From contig JABLTG010000019.1 of NCBI GenBank assembly GCA_016618085.1, forward strand, positions 124,001 to 166,922: a stretch of DNA of 42,922 nucleotides, written 5' to 3'. This DNA is from Neovahlkampfia damariscottae (taxonomy: Eukaryota). The notes beneath the pieces were generated by a model. That model ran no database searches, was not told the origin of the DNA, and saw only the letters and a list, made by a program, of their open reading frames with translations. A program made the translations under genes and the position numbers. Within the stretch, counting starts at the first letter, position 1; each line of letters opens with the position of its first letter. Positions 33,001 through 42,922 of the stretch are shown one piece after another.

Positions 33001-35776
33001 GAATTGACCGAATACTGCTTTCTGAGTGGGACTAGTGAGCACTGGAACCAATGCTGGGGAGGTTTTGGGGTAACCATTGGACAGTAAATTTAATCCCAAT
33101 TGTCCCAGCTTTTAAAAAAGATAAGTTCAAAAATAAAATTCTCACTCCATTGGATCCAAATGTATACAATCGATTATTTGTCTTGATACATCCAGAGTGT
33201 AACCAAGTTCCAGCAGATATACTGATGACATTATTTGATGCAAATGATGGAACTAAGGCATTATTGGTTGTACCTATTCCTAATTGCCCTTTCTTTTAAA
33301 TATTAGGTTGATTATATTTCTTACATCATTTTTTCCAAATGAATACATTTCATTTGACGATGTGAGGATCATAGAGTGATAATTACCAGCAGAAACCATC
33401 ACAATATCTTCAAATGGTAATAAATATGGAATATATCTTGTATTTGTTGTTCCATCGCCTATTTCACCATACTAAACTTGATTAGATTATAGTTCAATTA
33501 CCGTATTTCGACCAAAACTAAAAGCTCTACCAGAGCTGTTTATCACTAAATTGTGAAAAGTTCCACATGAAATTTGAGTGATATTTTGTATTTCACTGGA
33601 ATGAATAGGTGTATTACTTGAAGTTGTTGTCCCATCACCCAATCTTCCGTCCTTCATGAATTTAAATTTTTTTTCAAAATATTACTCCATTGGCTCCAAA
33701 TCCATAAACTAAACCATCACTCTTTATAATCAAGGAATGTTGTTGACCTGCACTTATTTTGACCACATTCGAAATTATAAATTTTGGAATAGAAATATCA
33801 GTGTTAGTACCATCTCCGCATTGACCTTTATCATTTATCCCATATGCATACAAATCACCATTTCTAAGCGCGAGACCATGTGTCCATCCATTTGCTATTG
33901 CACTAATTTCATTCAAATTTGGAATTTGAGTTAAATGTTCCATATTTTTTGTAGAACCAAGTCCATTATAATTTGCACCAGCTGTCCAGACAGTTCCATC
34001 CCATTTTAAAACAGTTGAAATATAATCACCAACTGCAATATCTCTTGCATTATCACCACCTATCATTGCCATTGGTGCATCTCTTTGTCCTTTAAAAAAT
34101 GTAAAAAAAAACAAAAAATAAAACCATTTCCCGAGCCTATAGATTTTATTGTTTAAAAAATATTTTACCTGTAGTCATTGAATCCTAATACAAATTAAAA
34201 AAATGTTAAATTACCATATTACTTCCACTTGAATGAATATTCATCAAATTTGTTTCACATTCATTTCCAATGATACCTTCAGGACATGTACAATTATCAA
34301 TGGATGTGCATTCACCAAAACCACTACATGATTCAGGATCTGATGAATACTTTCCATGACATAATATATATTGACAAATTGGACCATTATATCCATAATT
34401 ACATTCACAATTGTCTAAAGATATACAGTTACCTGAACCTGAGCATACTGAAGGATCTGATGGATCAATTCCATAACAAGTATCTGTTGCATCACCAATA
34501 TCTAAACCAAAAATATCATTTTTATTGTTTGAAACAATTGAATATCTCAATGATGCTGTCACAAAAGTAATATTTGGTAAATTTGAAATGAGTTTTGGTC
34601 TTGTGTGATCATCTGAAGCATGACCAAGTTCACCGCATGAATAAACAGTTGAATTTTTTGTTAAAATAATGGTATGAGATTTTCCTGATGAAATATATTT
34701 TACAGTTTCATTTAACAAAAGCATTAAAGTTGGTGATGATTTTTTGATTGTTGTTCCATCACCTAAAGTGCCAAACTACATTTGGAAAGTTAAATATTTT
34801 TTAATTTTACTTTATTTTCACCCATTCCATAGATTTTTTCATTTTCTGTTGAAAAGAAAGTATTTTTGTGACCAGTGAAAATTGTTGAAATTTTTTGATC
34901 GAAATTAATAACAACAGGAATCAATTTATCAATGAAAGTTCCATCTCCTAGTTGTCCAAACTTTTAAAAAAATAATGAATATAAAAAAAATTACTTCATT
35001 TCCACCAACTGAAAAAATGGTGCCTGTGCTGTTCAAAAAAATAGAATGTGTTTCTCCTGCTGATATTTGTACAATTGAGAATAACGTTTCTATCAGTTTT
35101 GGTAAGGTTGAGTCATTTGTTGTACCATCTCCTAATTGTCCATTCTAAAAAAAAAAATGCTTAATAAATATTTTCCGAACATTGTTCAATCCAAACGCGT
35201 AGACTTTTCCATTGTTTTTTAAAGCCAGTGTGTGGTAATTATTCATGGAAATTTTTGTAATTCCGTTGATGGAAGAAACTGAAGAGAGAGAAGACTCTTC
35301 ATTGGTTGTGCCAATTCCTAAACCTCCATGCTTTAAAAGTGTTAGCTATTAGTTATTTACCAGGTTGTGACCAACTGAAAAAAGTGAACCATTTTTTTTT
35401 AAGAATGCAGATTCTTCTCTTCCAGCTGAAATTTGAGTGACATCTTCAATGAAAGTAAGTTCTTCAAGAGATGAGCTGGCATCTACTGTGGCTCCAAGTT
35501 GACCATTCTTTAAAAGTTAATTTTTCAAAGAAAAAAGATACAGAGTTTGAGCCAAAGCCAAAGACTTTTCCACCACTTGTTAATACCAAAGTATGAGTCC
35601 ATGAACTTGAAACTTGGGTTACATTTTGGAGTGCTTTTTTCATTCGATGAGGAGTCGACAAGTTGAGAGTTGAATACTAAAATGTCAAGAACAAATCAAC
35701 TTACATATTTCACACTATGAGAACCCAACGCATAGTAAACGAAAACCACGATGAGCCAGATCCTAAGTATTTTCAT
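27089..35776 (-). CDS. Large receptor: signal peptide - RCC1 repeats - 2 EGF-like - RCC1 repeats - long EGF-like array - DOMON-like - ~7 TM - RGS domain
   Basis: Signal peptide MKILRIWLIVVFVYYALG; GxNx|xGQLG and AGxxHSL RCC1 motifs; ~39-aa CxGxNSxDxxVCSGxGxC repeats; QPLSSRG before TM2; RGS FAKEEWSQENVLCYRDI, IYYTYL, SPLEVNI, DTWSRF; spans an N gap. Confidence 0.85.
30457..31683. repeat. Identical duplications within the EGF array, plus an assembly gap (N 30589-30683)
   Basis: 30457-30588 = 30684-30815 (132 bp either side of the gap); 30686-30864 = 31505-31683 (179 bp). Confidence 0.9.
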
Positions 35777-35896
35777 ACGTTATATTTTTTTGTGTTTTGA
35801 TTGGTCATTTTGAGGTGGTTTTATTGGTTGCTTTTTTTCAAATTTGGGTTTAGAAAATACCTTGTTGGGAAATTATGCAGAAATGCTTTTATTGGA

Positions 35897-37393
35897 TCAA
35901 TATTTGAATGAAAAATTAATATCCCTGAAACAGCATTTCTGGATTATCCTCTTAAAAAAGTTGAATCTTTCCATAATTTTTCCAGATTTTAGTATCATTT
36001 TATGAAATGATTGATTTCTTGAAAGAATTTGTTGAATTTTTTTATCTTCAAGAAAACAATTGATTTTACAAAGACTTAAATTTTGTGATAAAGCCTCAAT
36101 ATTATTTTGAGTAACAGTATCAAATCCAAATGAAATCAAATTTTCATTCTCCAAAAATAAATTAGACAACTCTGTTTCTACATGATATCTTGCAGATGAA
36201 TTCGAAATATCAATATTTTTGATCTTTTTATTCTTTGAAAGTGCATTCAAAATCAACTTTACACCCTTTTCGGAGAAATAATTTGAACAAATATCTAAGT
36301 TGGTCAATACATGATTCATTTCAATCAATTTTGCAATATTCTCTTCACAAATTTGTGATGCATTATTCCAAGCCATTGAAAATGATTTAATTTTTGAATT
36401 ATTGGATAAAAAATCACAGATTTTGTTAATCCCTTCTGAAAAGAATGCATTATCATCCATTTTAATTTCAGTCAATCTATCATTTTTTGATAAACAATTT
36501 AAAATCAGTTCCAAATAATCGATATCTATTGAGTTTTTAGAGACATCTAAAACTTCCAATGAACTCTCGTCAATGATTTTTAATATAGATTTTTTTGATT
36601 CTTTAAATAAATTTCCAGATATCTTCAATTTTCTCAGAACTTTATTTATTTTCAGTTTTTCTGAAAGATACAACACACCTTTGTTTTCAATTCCCGTTTC
36701 TGAAAGATCCAATGAAGTCAATGATTTATTGAATTCAAGCATATTTGACAAGTATTTCCCTCCTTCTGGATGTACCAAATGTTTGGCGATGGAGAATTCC
36801 TCCAAAGTTGTATTTTTTAATAAAGCCTCTGCAAAACACTTTGCACCTCTAATTCCTATTTTTTCACCAGAATTTCGATTTAAATTCAGTTTTTTTAAAG
36901 AAAAATTTTCAGTTAGCAATGCAGCTAATATTTCTGCACAATCTGCATTTAAATTATTTTTGCTTAGATCCAAATTAGTCAAAGTTGTGTTTTGTTTCAA
37001 TCCATGAGATAAAATTTTAACATGAATTGTTGAAATTCCACTATTAATAATCTTCAAATCTGTCAATGTTGAATTTATAATCAAACAATTCGATATGAAT
37101 GAATCAAAATTTTCATTGGTTTTGAACTTTATTGTTTTCAATTTTTTGTCTTTTTTGATTAAATCTTCTAGAAATTCAATTGATAAATTATTATTTTCTT
37201 TGTTTGGTGTTCGAAGTGATAAACTCATTTCTGTTAGGTTTTCCATTTCATCAATTTTGTTTTTCAAGTAATTTGAAAAATCTTTGTTGAAATTGAAGTA
37301 TGAAATACTCAAAGAATCATAATTGATTCTATTTTCGATAAGAGTCATTGTATCTTCGTCTGGAAATAAATCAAGTCTTGTTGGTGAGGACAT
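35897..37393 (-). CDS. Ribonuclease-inhibitor-type leucine-rich repeat protein
   Basis: ~28-aa repeats NTTLTNLDLSKNNL, NFSLKKLNLNRN, NKSLTSLDLSETGI; intronless. Confidence 0.85.
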   Translation of the reverse strand: MSSPTRLDLFPDEDTMTLIENRINYDSLSISYFNFNKDFSNYLKNKIDEMENLTEMSLSLRTPNKENNNLSIEFLEDLIKKDKKLKTIKFKTNENFDSFISNCLIINSTLTDLKIINSGISTIHVKILSHGLKQNTTLTNLDLSKNNLNADCAEILAALLTENFSLKKLNLNRNSGEKIGIRGAKCFAEALLKNTTLEEFSIAKHLVHPEGGKYLSNMLEFNKSLTSLDLSETGIENKGVLYLSEKLKINKVLRKLKISGNLFKESKKSILKIIDESSLEVLDVSKNSIDIDYLELILNCLSKNDRLTEIKMDDNAFFSEGINKICDFLSNNSKIKSFSMAWNNASQICEENIAKLIEMNHVLTNLDICSNYFSEKGVKLILNALSKNKKIKNIDISNSSARYHVETELSNLFLENENLISFGFDTVTQNNIEALSQNLSLCKINCFLEDKKIQQILSRNQSFHKMILKSGKIMERFNFFKRIIQKCCFRDINFSFKY

Positions 37394-37807
37394 GAAGTTT
37401 TTCAAGTGCAATTTCTTTCAAAACTTTTGATTGGTGTAAACTATCTAAAATGTGAATGAAACAGTTTTTCAAGCTCTGTGATTTTCAAAGATGGAAACAA
37501 AAAAAAAGATCCAGAAACGTCATAATTATCTGTAAATTTTGATTTGAAACAAGTTTGTTAAATGTTACAATTGGGCGGAAACAAAAGGATTTAATTCAAA
37601 AACCAGTAGATTGATAATTTTTTAATTCACGTAAGAACATCTCCAAAGTGTAGTTGTAAAGGAGTGTTCAAATTTTCAGATTTCCTGAAAATGCTTGATA
37701 AGAAAGTGAAGATAGGAAAAAATGATTCTCACAGGATTTAAAAATCCAAAAAATAACTATTTTCACTTGAATAAAAAACCACTTTTTTTTTTTACCAATT
37801 AAAAATC

Positions 37808-39222
37808 ATGAAAATTTTTCAAACCAAAAAGAAGAAAGTGTTGTTTCAGTTACTCCAACAAAAAAATTCAAAACATAAACCAAGTCTCAGAATTGAAACA
37901 TATAAAGATTCAATATGGTCAGAATTTACACCACTTGGTACTGAAAATAAATTAAAATTTTCTTAGCAATGAAAACCAACTCTGTAAATTTAGGTCAAGG
38001 CTTTCCTGATTGGCAACCACCAGAATTTATGAAGAAAATGGGTTCTTATTCCATAAATGAAGAATCAAATCAATATACAAGAGCAATGGGTGCGTTACCT
38101 CTTGTACAAGAAATTGCAAAATTCTACACTTATAAAAATGATTTTCAAAGAAAATTAAATCCATTGACTGAAATTTTAGTAACAAATGGAGCCTCTGGTG
38201 CATTTAATTGTGCTCTTCAATCAATAATCAATCCTGGAGATGAAGTTATATTAATTGAACCATTTTATGATATTTATCCTGCTCAAATTCATCAAGCAGG
38301 AGGAAAACCTATTTATGTTCCATTAATAGATTCAAAGACGTTCGATTCAAATGATTGGAAAATTGATTTTGAAAAATTGAATCAAGTTATGAGTTCAAAG
38401 ACAAAAGCAATCATTTTAAAGTTCGTAAAAATTTAGATTACCTATTTTTCTTAGTAACCCTCATAATCCAACAGGAAAATGTTTTAAAACTGAAGAATTG
38501 GAAAAATTATCTCAATTTATTGTGAAAAATGATTTAATATGTTTAACTGATGAAGTTTATGAATCCTTTAATTTTTCGGAGACTAAACATCAAAGGATTG
38601 CAAATTATCCAGGTATGTTTGATAGAACATTAACAATTTGTTCTGCTGGTAAAACATTTAGTGTTACTGGTAAATTACTATTTTTTGATTAACAAACGAG
38701 GAAGGGTGGAAAATTGGTTGGATAATTGGACCTGAGGTAAAATATATTGATTTAAAAATTTCATAGGATTTAGTATTCAATGCATATTTAGTTAATCAAT
38801 ATACTGTATTTTGTGTTTCAACACCATTGCAATTGGCAACTGCTCATGCATTGGAATTGACTTCAACTTCAAATTATTTTGAAGAATTAAGAAGTAATTT
38901 GAGAACTAAAAAAGAACAATTATGTGAAATGCTTGATGATGTTTCATTAAAACCAGTCATTCCACATTCAGGTTATTTTGTTTTAGTTGATATTTCCAAG
39001 ATTGATTTTCCATGGAACGAATCAAAAGAATCAAAAGATTATGCATTTTGTAGATGGTTACCACATTCAATTGGTATTGCAGCGATCCCATTATCACCAT
39101 TCTATTCAAATTTTAATGTCAAACTTGCTGAGAATTATGCCAGATTTTGTTTTGCTAAAAATGATGAAACAATGTCAGAAGCGAAGAAGAGAATCATCAA
39201 ATTAAAACAATATTTAAAATAA
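37808..39222 (+). CDS. Class I PLP-dependent aminotransferase, kynurenine-oxoglutarate transaminase type (4 introns)
   Basis: VNLGQGFPD, NQYTR, ILVTNGA, IEPFYD, NNPHNPTG, DEVYE, SAGKTFSVTGWKIGW, RFCFAK. Confidence 0.93.
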
Positions 39223-39224
39223 AT

Positions 39225-41144
39225 TCATTTTTTGCTCAACAAAATTGTTGGATTGTAAATATTTACAGTACAATCTGATGAAACAGTTCCTATCAAATTT
39301 GAATCTGAGTTCCATGTCAATCCTTCAATAGAACCAGTATGAATTTTTGCTTTAAATAATTGATTCTTTGTTTTTAAACACCAAATGATCATATATCCAT
39401 TTTGAGTGACTGTTGCAATTCTACCACCATCTTTTTCTAAAGCTAAATAGGTTAAAGTGAACCAACCATGAACATCTCCACTAAAAAATTCATGATGTAA
39501 TTCCCAATCATCAAATTGTTCATGTATACTCCAAACCATTACTTTTTTATCATCTGCACAAGTCACTAAAACTTCTCCTATTGGTGAAATTCCCCAATCT
39601 ACACTGGTAACAGCAGTTGTGTGTCCTTTTAATTCTTTCATTAGTTTTCCTTCTAAATTCCAAATTTTTGTTGATTGATCTTCCGATGATGTTGCAATAA
39701 AATCACTTTTTGGTGACCATTTCAAAGACCAAATTTCTGAATATTTTCCAATGGAACCAAATTTTCCATTTTGTTCACCATCTTTGATTGGTGGATGTGC
39801 CAAAAAAACCAATGAAGTTTTCAAGAAATAGTCACCTAATTCTTGTTGCAACAGACAAAGTTTTCCATCTCTTGTTCCAATCGCTAACTTTTGTTGTTTT
39901 TCTTCATTATCCCATTTCATACATATCACTTCAGAAGTTAAAGAAATAACTCTTTGAACATCATTTGTTTCGATATTCCAATCATAAACAGAACCATCCA
40001 TACCTCCAATTTGGATTGATTTTGATTGTTTTTTCCAACAAATACATCTTACAGAAGACATAATATTCACTTCTTTAGTTGTTATTTGTTTCTCCACATC
40101 CCATAGAAATACATTTCCTAAAAAATCACCTGATACTAGTAATTTTGAATCATGTGAAAAATCAACACCACAACATGTCACTGAATGCAAAGAAATATCT
40201 AAGATATGTTTTTCTTTTTCTTTTTCTTTTTCTAATGATATTTGATACAAACTTTCTTCATTCACAAACCACATTAAATTATCTATTTTAGATGCCCATT
40301 CAATGGTATAAATACAACCTGAAGGTATTTTATATTCTTTTAATTTTTCTCCTTTTGAATTGAAAATTTGAAATAAACCATTATCTGATGGAAAATACAG
40401 TAAGTCATCTTCAAATAAAATTGATTTTAAACCACCACTTCCAGCAGGTTTAAATTGAGATTCAACTTCCAAAGATTCAGTATTAACTATGTATGTATTT
40501 CTTGTATTATTCAATGAGCACAAAGCAACTTTTTTTCGATCATCATTTGAAGCTAAAAGTGAAATAACATCATCCTTTTCTAATTGTGTTTTTTTTATTT
40601 CTTTCATATTTTTATCAAATAATACCAAGTTACAACCATTGATTTTTTCAGTGTAAATCTGTTCAAGACAAAATAATTCATTTTTGTTGTTGAAAGTTGC
40701 CAATGGGAAATTACCTTTTTTTTGGTGAGCTATTTCCAATTGAATTTTTCCATCTTCAAGTGTGTTAACATTAATAATATAAATAAATGAATTTGCTTCT
40801 GTACAAGTCAAAATTTTAGTTCCATCCAAAGACCATTCAGCACAAGTTAATTTATCATCTTTTACATCAAGTGTGTTGCTCAAAAGTTGCCATTTTTCAT
40901 TCCATATTTTAATTTCACCACCATGACAAGCAGTTGCTATTATATTTGGATTTAAAGGTGACTTTTGCATGAAAGTAATAACATGATGGTGCGCTTGAAA
41001 AAAATTCAAACGTTTGTTTTGTTTTATATCCCATCTAACAATACAAGGACCGATAGGTGTATCTATTTGATCAATTTCGTTTGAAACTGGAACTGTATTT
41101 TTATAACGTGACGTTGTAACTCCGAAAGAAGCAACAAGATTCAT
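39225..41144 (-). CDS. WD40-repeat protein (probable double propeller)
   Basis: Multiple GH/WD-type repeats, e.g. LKGHTTAVTSVDW, ATSSEDQSTKIWN, VSGDFLGNVFLWD. Confidence 0.9.
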   Translation of the reverse strand: MNLVASFGVTTSRYKNTVPVSNEIDQIDTPIGPCIVRWDIKQNKRLNFFQAHHHVITFMQKSPLNPNIIATACHGGEIKIWNEKWQLLSNTLDVKDDKLTCAEWSLDGTKILTCTEANSFIYIINVNTLEDGKIQLEIAHQKKGNFPLATFNNKNELFCLEQIYTEKINGCNLVLFDKNMKEIKKTQLEKDDVISLLASNDDRKKVALCSLNNTRNTYIVNTESLEVESQFKPAGSGGLKSILFEDDLLYFPSDNGLFQIFNSKGEKLKEYKIPSGCIYTIEWASKIDNLMWFVNEESLYQISLEKEKEKEKHILDISLHSVTCCGVDFSHDSKLLVSGDFLGNVFLWDVEKQITTKEVNIMSSVRCICWKKQSKSIQIGGMDGSVYDWNIETNDVQRVISLTSEVICMKWDNEEKQQKLAIGTRDGKLCLLQQELGDYFLKTSLVFLAHPPIKDGEQNGKFGSIGKYSEIWSLKWSPKSDFIATSSEDQSTKIWNLEGKLMKELKGHTTAVTSVDWGISPIGEVLVTCADDKKVMVWSIHEQFDDWELHHEFFSGDVHGWFTLTYLALEKDGGRIATVTQNGYMIIWCLKTKNQLFKAKIHTGSIEGLTWNSDSNLIGTVSSDCTVNIYNPTILLSKK

Positions 41145-41204
41145 TTTTAATTGGATAAAAAAAATATAAACATAATTTATTTTAAAATACAATTGAATTC
41201 TCTG

Positions 41205-42020
41205 CTACTCAAAAGAAAAATTCAAATTTTGGAATTTTTCAACTTTTTTCAAATTTACCAAATCATCTCTGAATATTTCATCATACTCTTCTATCATCAT
41301 ATTTAACAAAGAATTAAATTGTCCATTAACTTTTAAAAATTCCATTTCATCATCTTTTGAGCTCCAAAACAAACCATATGAAAATACAATTGATAAATTT
41401 CGCGAAGACATTTTATTTTCATTTTCAAATTTTGAAACCAGTTTGAAATGAACAAGTAACCTTTTTAAACATTTTAGATTGTCAGAAGGCATCAGTTTCA
41501 TCAATCTTTGAATATCTTGGATTGAAAAATCAGTAGTTTTGAACAATTGATATAATTCTTTAGTCGTTAAAGGCTCTGATAATTTTTTTAAAAAAGTTTT
41601 TAAAAGTCCCATGACGTCTATAGCACTGTATTTTGTTAAATCGACATCATTTCCATTTTCATATTCTTTAATGATTTTATTTTCAATTTCTTTCATTCCA
41701 GAGATTCTATAAATTCCTTCAATCGTTAAATTTTTTGGGTTTTCCATAAAAGTTATAACTCTGATCAGAGGTAAAGGAAATCCATCAGTATTGTATTTTT
41801 CAGAATTCTTTATAGATTCTATGAGTGAAATATTAAAGAATTTGTTGTTAGTAGGTTCTTTTTCTTTGTTCACATGATGAGGTTTCACTGTTATTATTTG
41901 TCCCATAAAAATAGAATCTCTTTTGATTGGTTTGACAATGCACTCTGATGATTTTCTAGAAGAACAAGCATTTTTGGATTCAAAAAAAGTTGATAAATAA
42001 TATAATTCCTCATCTCTCAA
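41205..42020 (-). CDS. RhoGAP domain protein (5' exon(s) unresolved)
   Basis: EGIYRISG (arginine finger), GLLKTFLKKLSEPL, NKMSSRNLSIVF. Confidence 0.88.
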   Translation of the reverse strand: MRDEELYYLSTFFESKNACSSRKSSECIVKPIKRDSIFMGQIITVKPHHVNKEKEPTNNKFFNISLIESIKNSEKYNTDGFPLPLIRVITFMENPKNLTIEGIYRISGMKEIENKIIKEYENGNDVDLTKYSAIDVMGLLKTFLKKLSEPLTTKELYQLFKTTDFSIQDIQRLMKLMPSDNLKCLKRLLVHFKLVSKFENENKMSSRNLSIVFSYGLFWSSKDDEMEFLKVNGQFNSLLNMMIEEYDEIFRDDLVNLKKVEKFQNLNFSFE

Positions 42021-42252
42021 AGTTTTCTTTTGCTGTCTTTAAACTAAATGGAAGAGAGAATGTTAAAAGAAGAATTTTTAGTTTTGAAATTTTTTCAATG
42101 AACTCAAAGAAAACATCAGAAATCATAACACTTCTTTTATACTTGTGAATCACTTCTATTTTTTTGAAAAAAACTTAAAACAAAAATTTATATTGATACA
42201 ATGGTAAGACATTACCAAGAGTATTCTAAAATACTTCAGGTCACACAGACAG

Positions 42253-42485
42253 ATGAAAATAAAATCTAGAATGATTATATCATCTGTAAATACATTTTAT
42301 GTGAAAGCTTTCAGAAGATTTCTTCCATATCCAGTGGTTCCCATAGTAATTCATGAAATTGAAGATTTTAATTCAGATTTTTTCAATGAAGTTTGTTTAA
42401 ATGATACAATTCATCCAGATGTATTTCTAGAATTAGGTGATAAAATATCTCAAAGACTATCTCTTTTCAATGATGTTGTGATCAA
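42253..42485 (+). pseudogene. Probable host ORF interrupted by the second element copy
   Basis: Open frame ...QRLSLFNDVVIK reads straight into the repeated element end at 42486; family unknown. Confidence 0.4.
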
Positions 42486-42922
42486 GACGGCCAATGAATT
42501 GATGGTTATTGTGATAAAAGTGGCCAATTAGATTTAATTTTGCCAGTTATTTTTAGAATTTTTACTTGAAGTTGTTCAAGTTGAACAAAAAAGACCTTTT
42601 GTTCAACTAGAAAATACTGAAAAAGATCTCAAGTATTTAAAATGTCCAAACTGCTCAAATTGGATTCATTTTGGAAAGAAAAAAATGTTACTTCAACATC
42701 AACAACAGAAGTGATAAAAAAGAGAAAACTTGAAGAAACAAAAAGTTCAACAAAAGAAACAGGAAATATGAAATCAACATATAAACAAGGAAAATATTCG
42801 TATCCTTTTTGGTGGACTAAAGAAAAAGAAGACATGCTACAAGTGAAAAGTATACCTTCAAGTTCTTCTTCAGTTGACAAGAATATTTGTTCGACAAAAA
42901 AGTTGGTAGAACAATCTTCATT
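42486..42922 (+). mobile_element. Left end of a second, longer copy of the Fanzor2-type element (runs off window)
   Basis: 147-bp match to the reverse complement of 25899-26036; two GGCCAAT motifs; 12-bp-stem hairpin 42579-42608. Confidence 0.8.
42642..42922 (+). CDS. 5' part of the element ORF, probable Fanzor2 N-terminus (partial)
   Basis: Open from ATG 42642 to the window end: MSKLLKLDSFWKEK...IKKRKLEE...YSYPFWWTKEK...; KKRK NLS-like stretch and a PFW motif reminiscent of Fanzor2 N-termini. Confidence 0.6.
   Translation, partial: MSKLLKLDSFWKEKNVTSTSTTEVIKKRKLEETKSSTKETGNMKSTYKQGKYSYPFWWTKEKEDMLQVKSIPSSSSSVDKNICSTKKLVEQSS

Noticed and set aside
37440..37745. Possible small spliced gene in the LRR-aminotransferase spacer
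   Set aside because: A ~60-aa model can be forced with two GT-AG introns, but it has no recognisable motif and several equally weak alternatives exist.
25899..42632. Inverted repeat pair read as the TIRs of one 16.7-kb transposon
   Set aside because: Both copies point outward, each leading into element ORF sequence outside the interval, and the enclosed genes are ordinary intron-containing host genes. Two independent insertions fit better.
42570..42714. Overlapping frame containing CPNC...H (zinc-finger-like) in the element
   Set aside because: No ATG after the upstream stop, and it ends in TGA TAA; cannot be supported without other copies.
42629..42880. 83-aa minus-strand ORF
   Set aside because: Antisense mirror of the plus-strand element ORF starting at 42642.

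Overview
Very AT-rich, extremely compact eukaryotic nuclear DNA (standard genetic code) with about 33 protein-coding genes. Introns are tiny GT-AG introns (mostly 24-45 nt), intergenic spacers are short, and CCAAT boxes lie close to many start codons. Gene content (EGF-repeat/7TM/RGS receptor, Fanzor2-type element) suggests a heterolobosean, Naegleria-like protist; this is an inference. Highlights: (1) a Fanzor2/TnpB-type element family seen twice, as an internally deleted copy (25461-26036) with a probable omega-RNA end and a second copy starting at 42486 that shares a ~140-bp left end; (2) microexons of 16, 13, 12, 9, 7 and 4 nt, an apparent 1-nt exon (9651) and a possible zero-length exon (11120/11121); (3) two heme oxygenase paralogs with N-terminal Cys-Pro arrays; (4) a large RCC1-EGF-7TM-RGS receptor with an intron at the same position in 14 RCC1 repeats; (5) candidate cenH3, HAUS1, Hippo/MST kinase with SARAH domain, MTA9-like MT-A70 subunit, a box C/D snoRNA, and a shared C-terminal F-x-[DN]-h-x-F-x-[FY] tail on unrelated proteins. 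All gene models were spliced by hand and family assignments come from motif recognition, not database searches.
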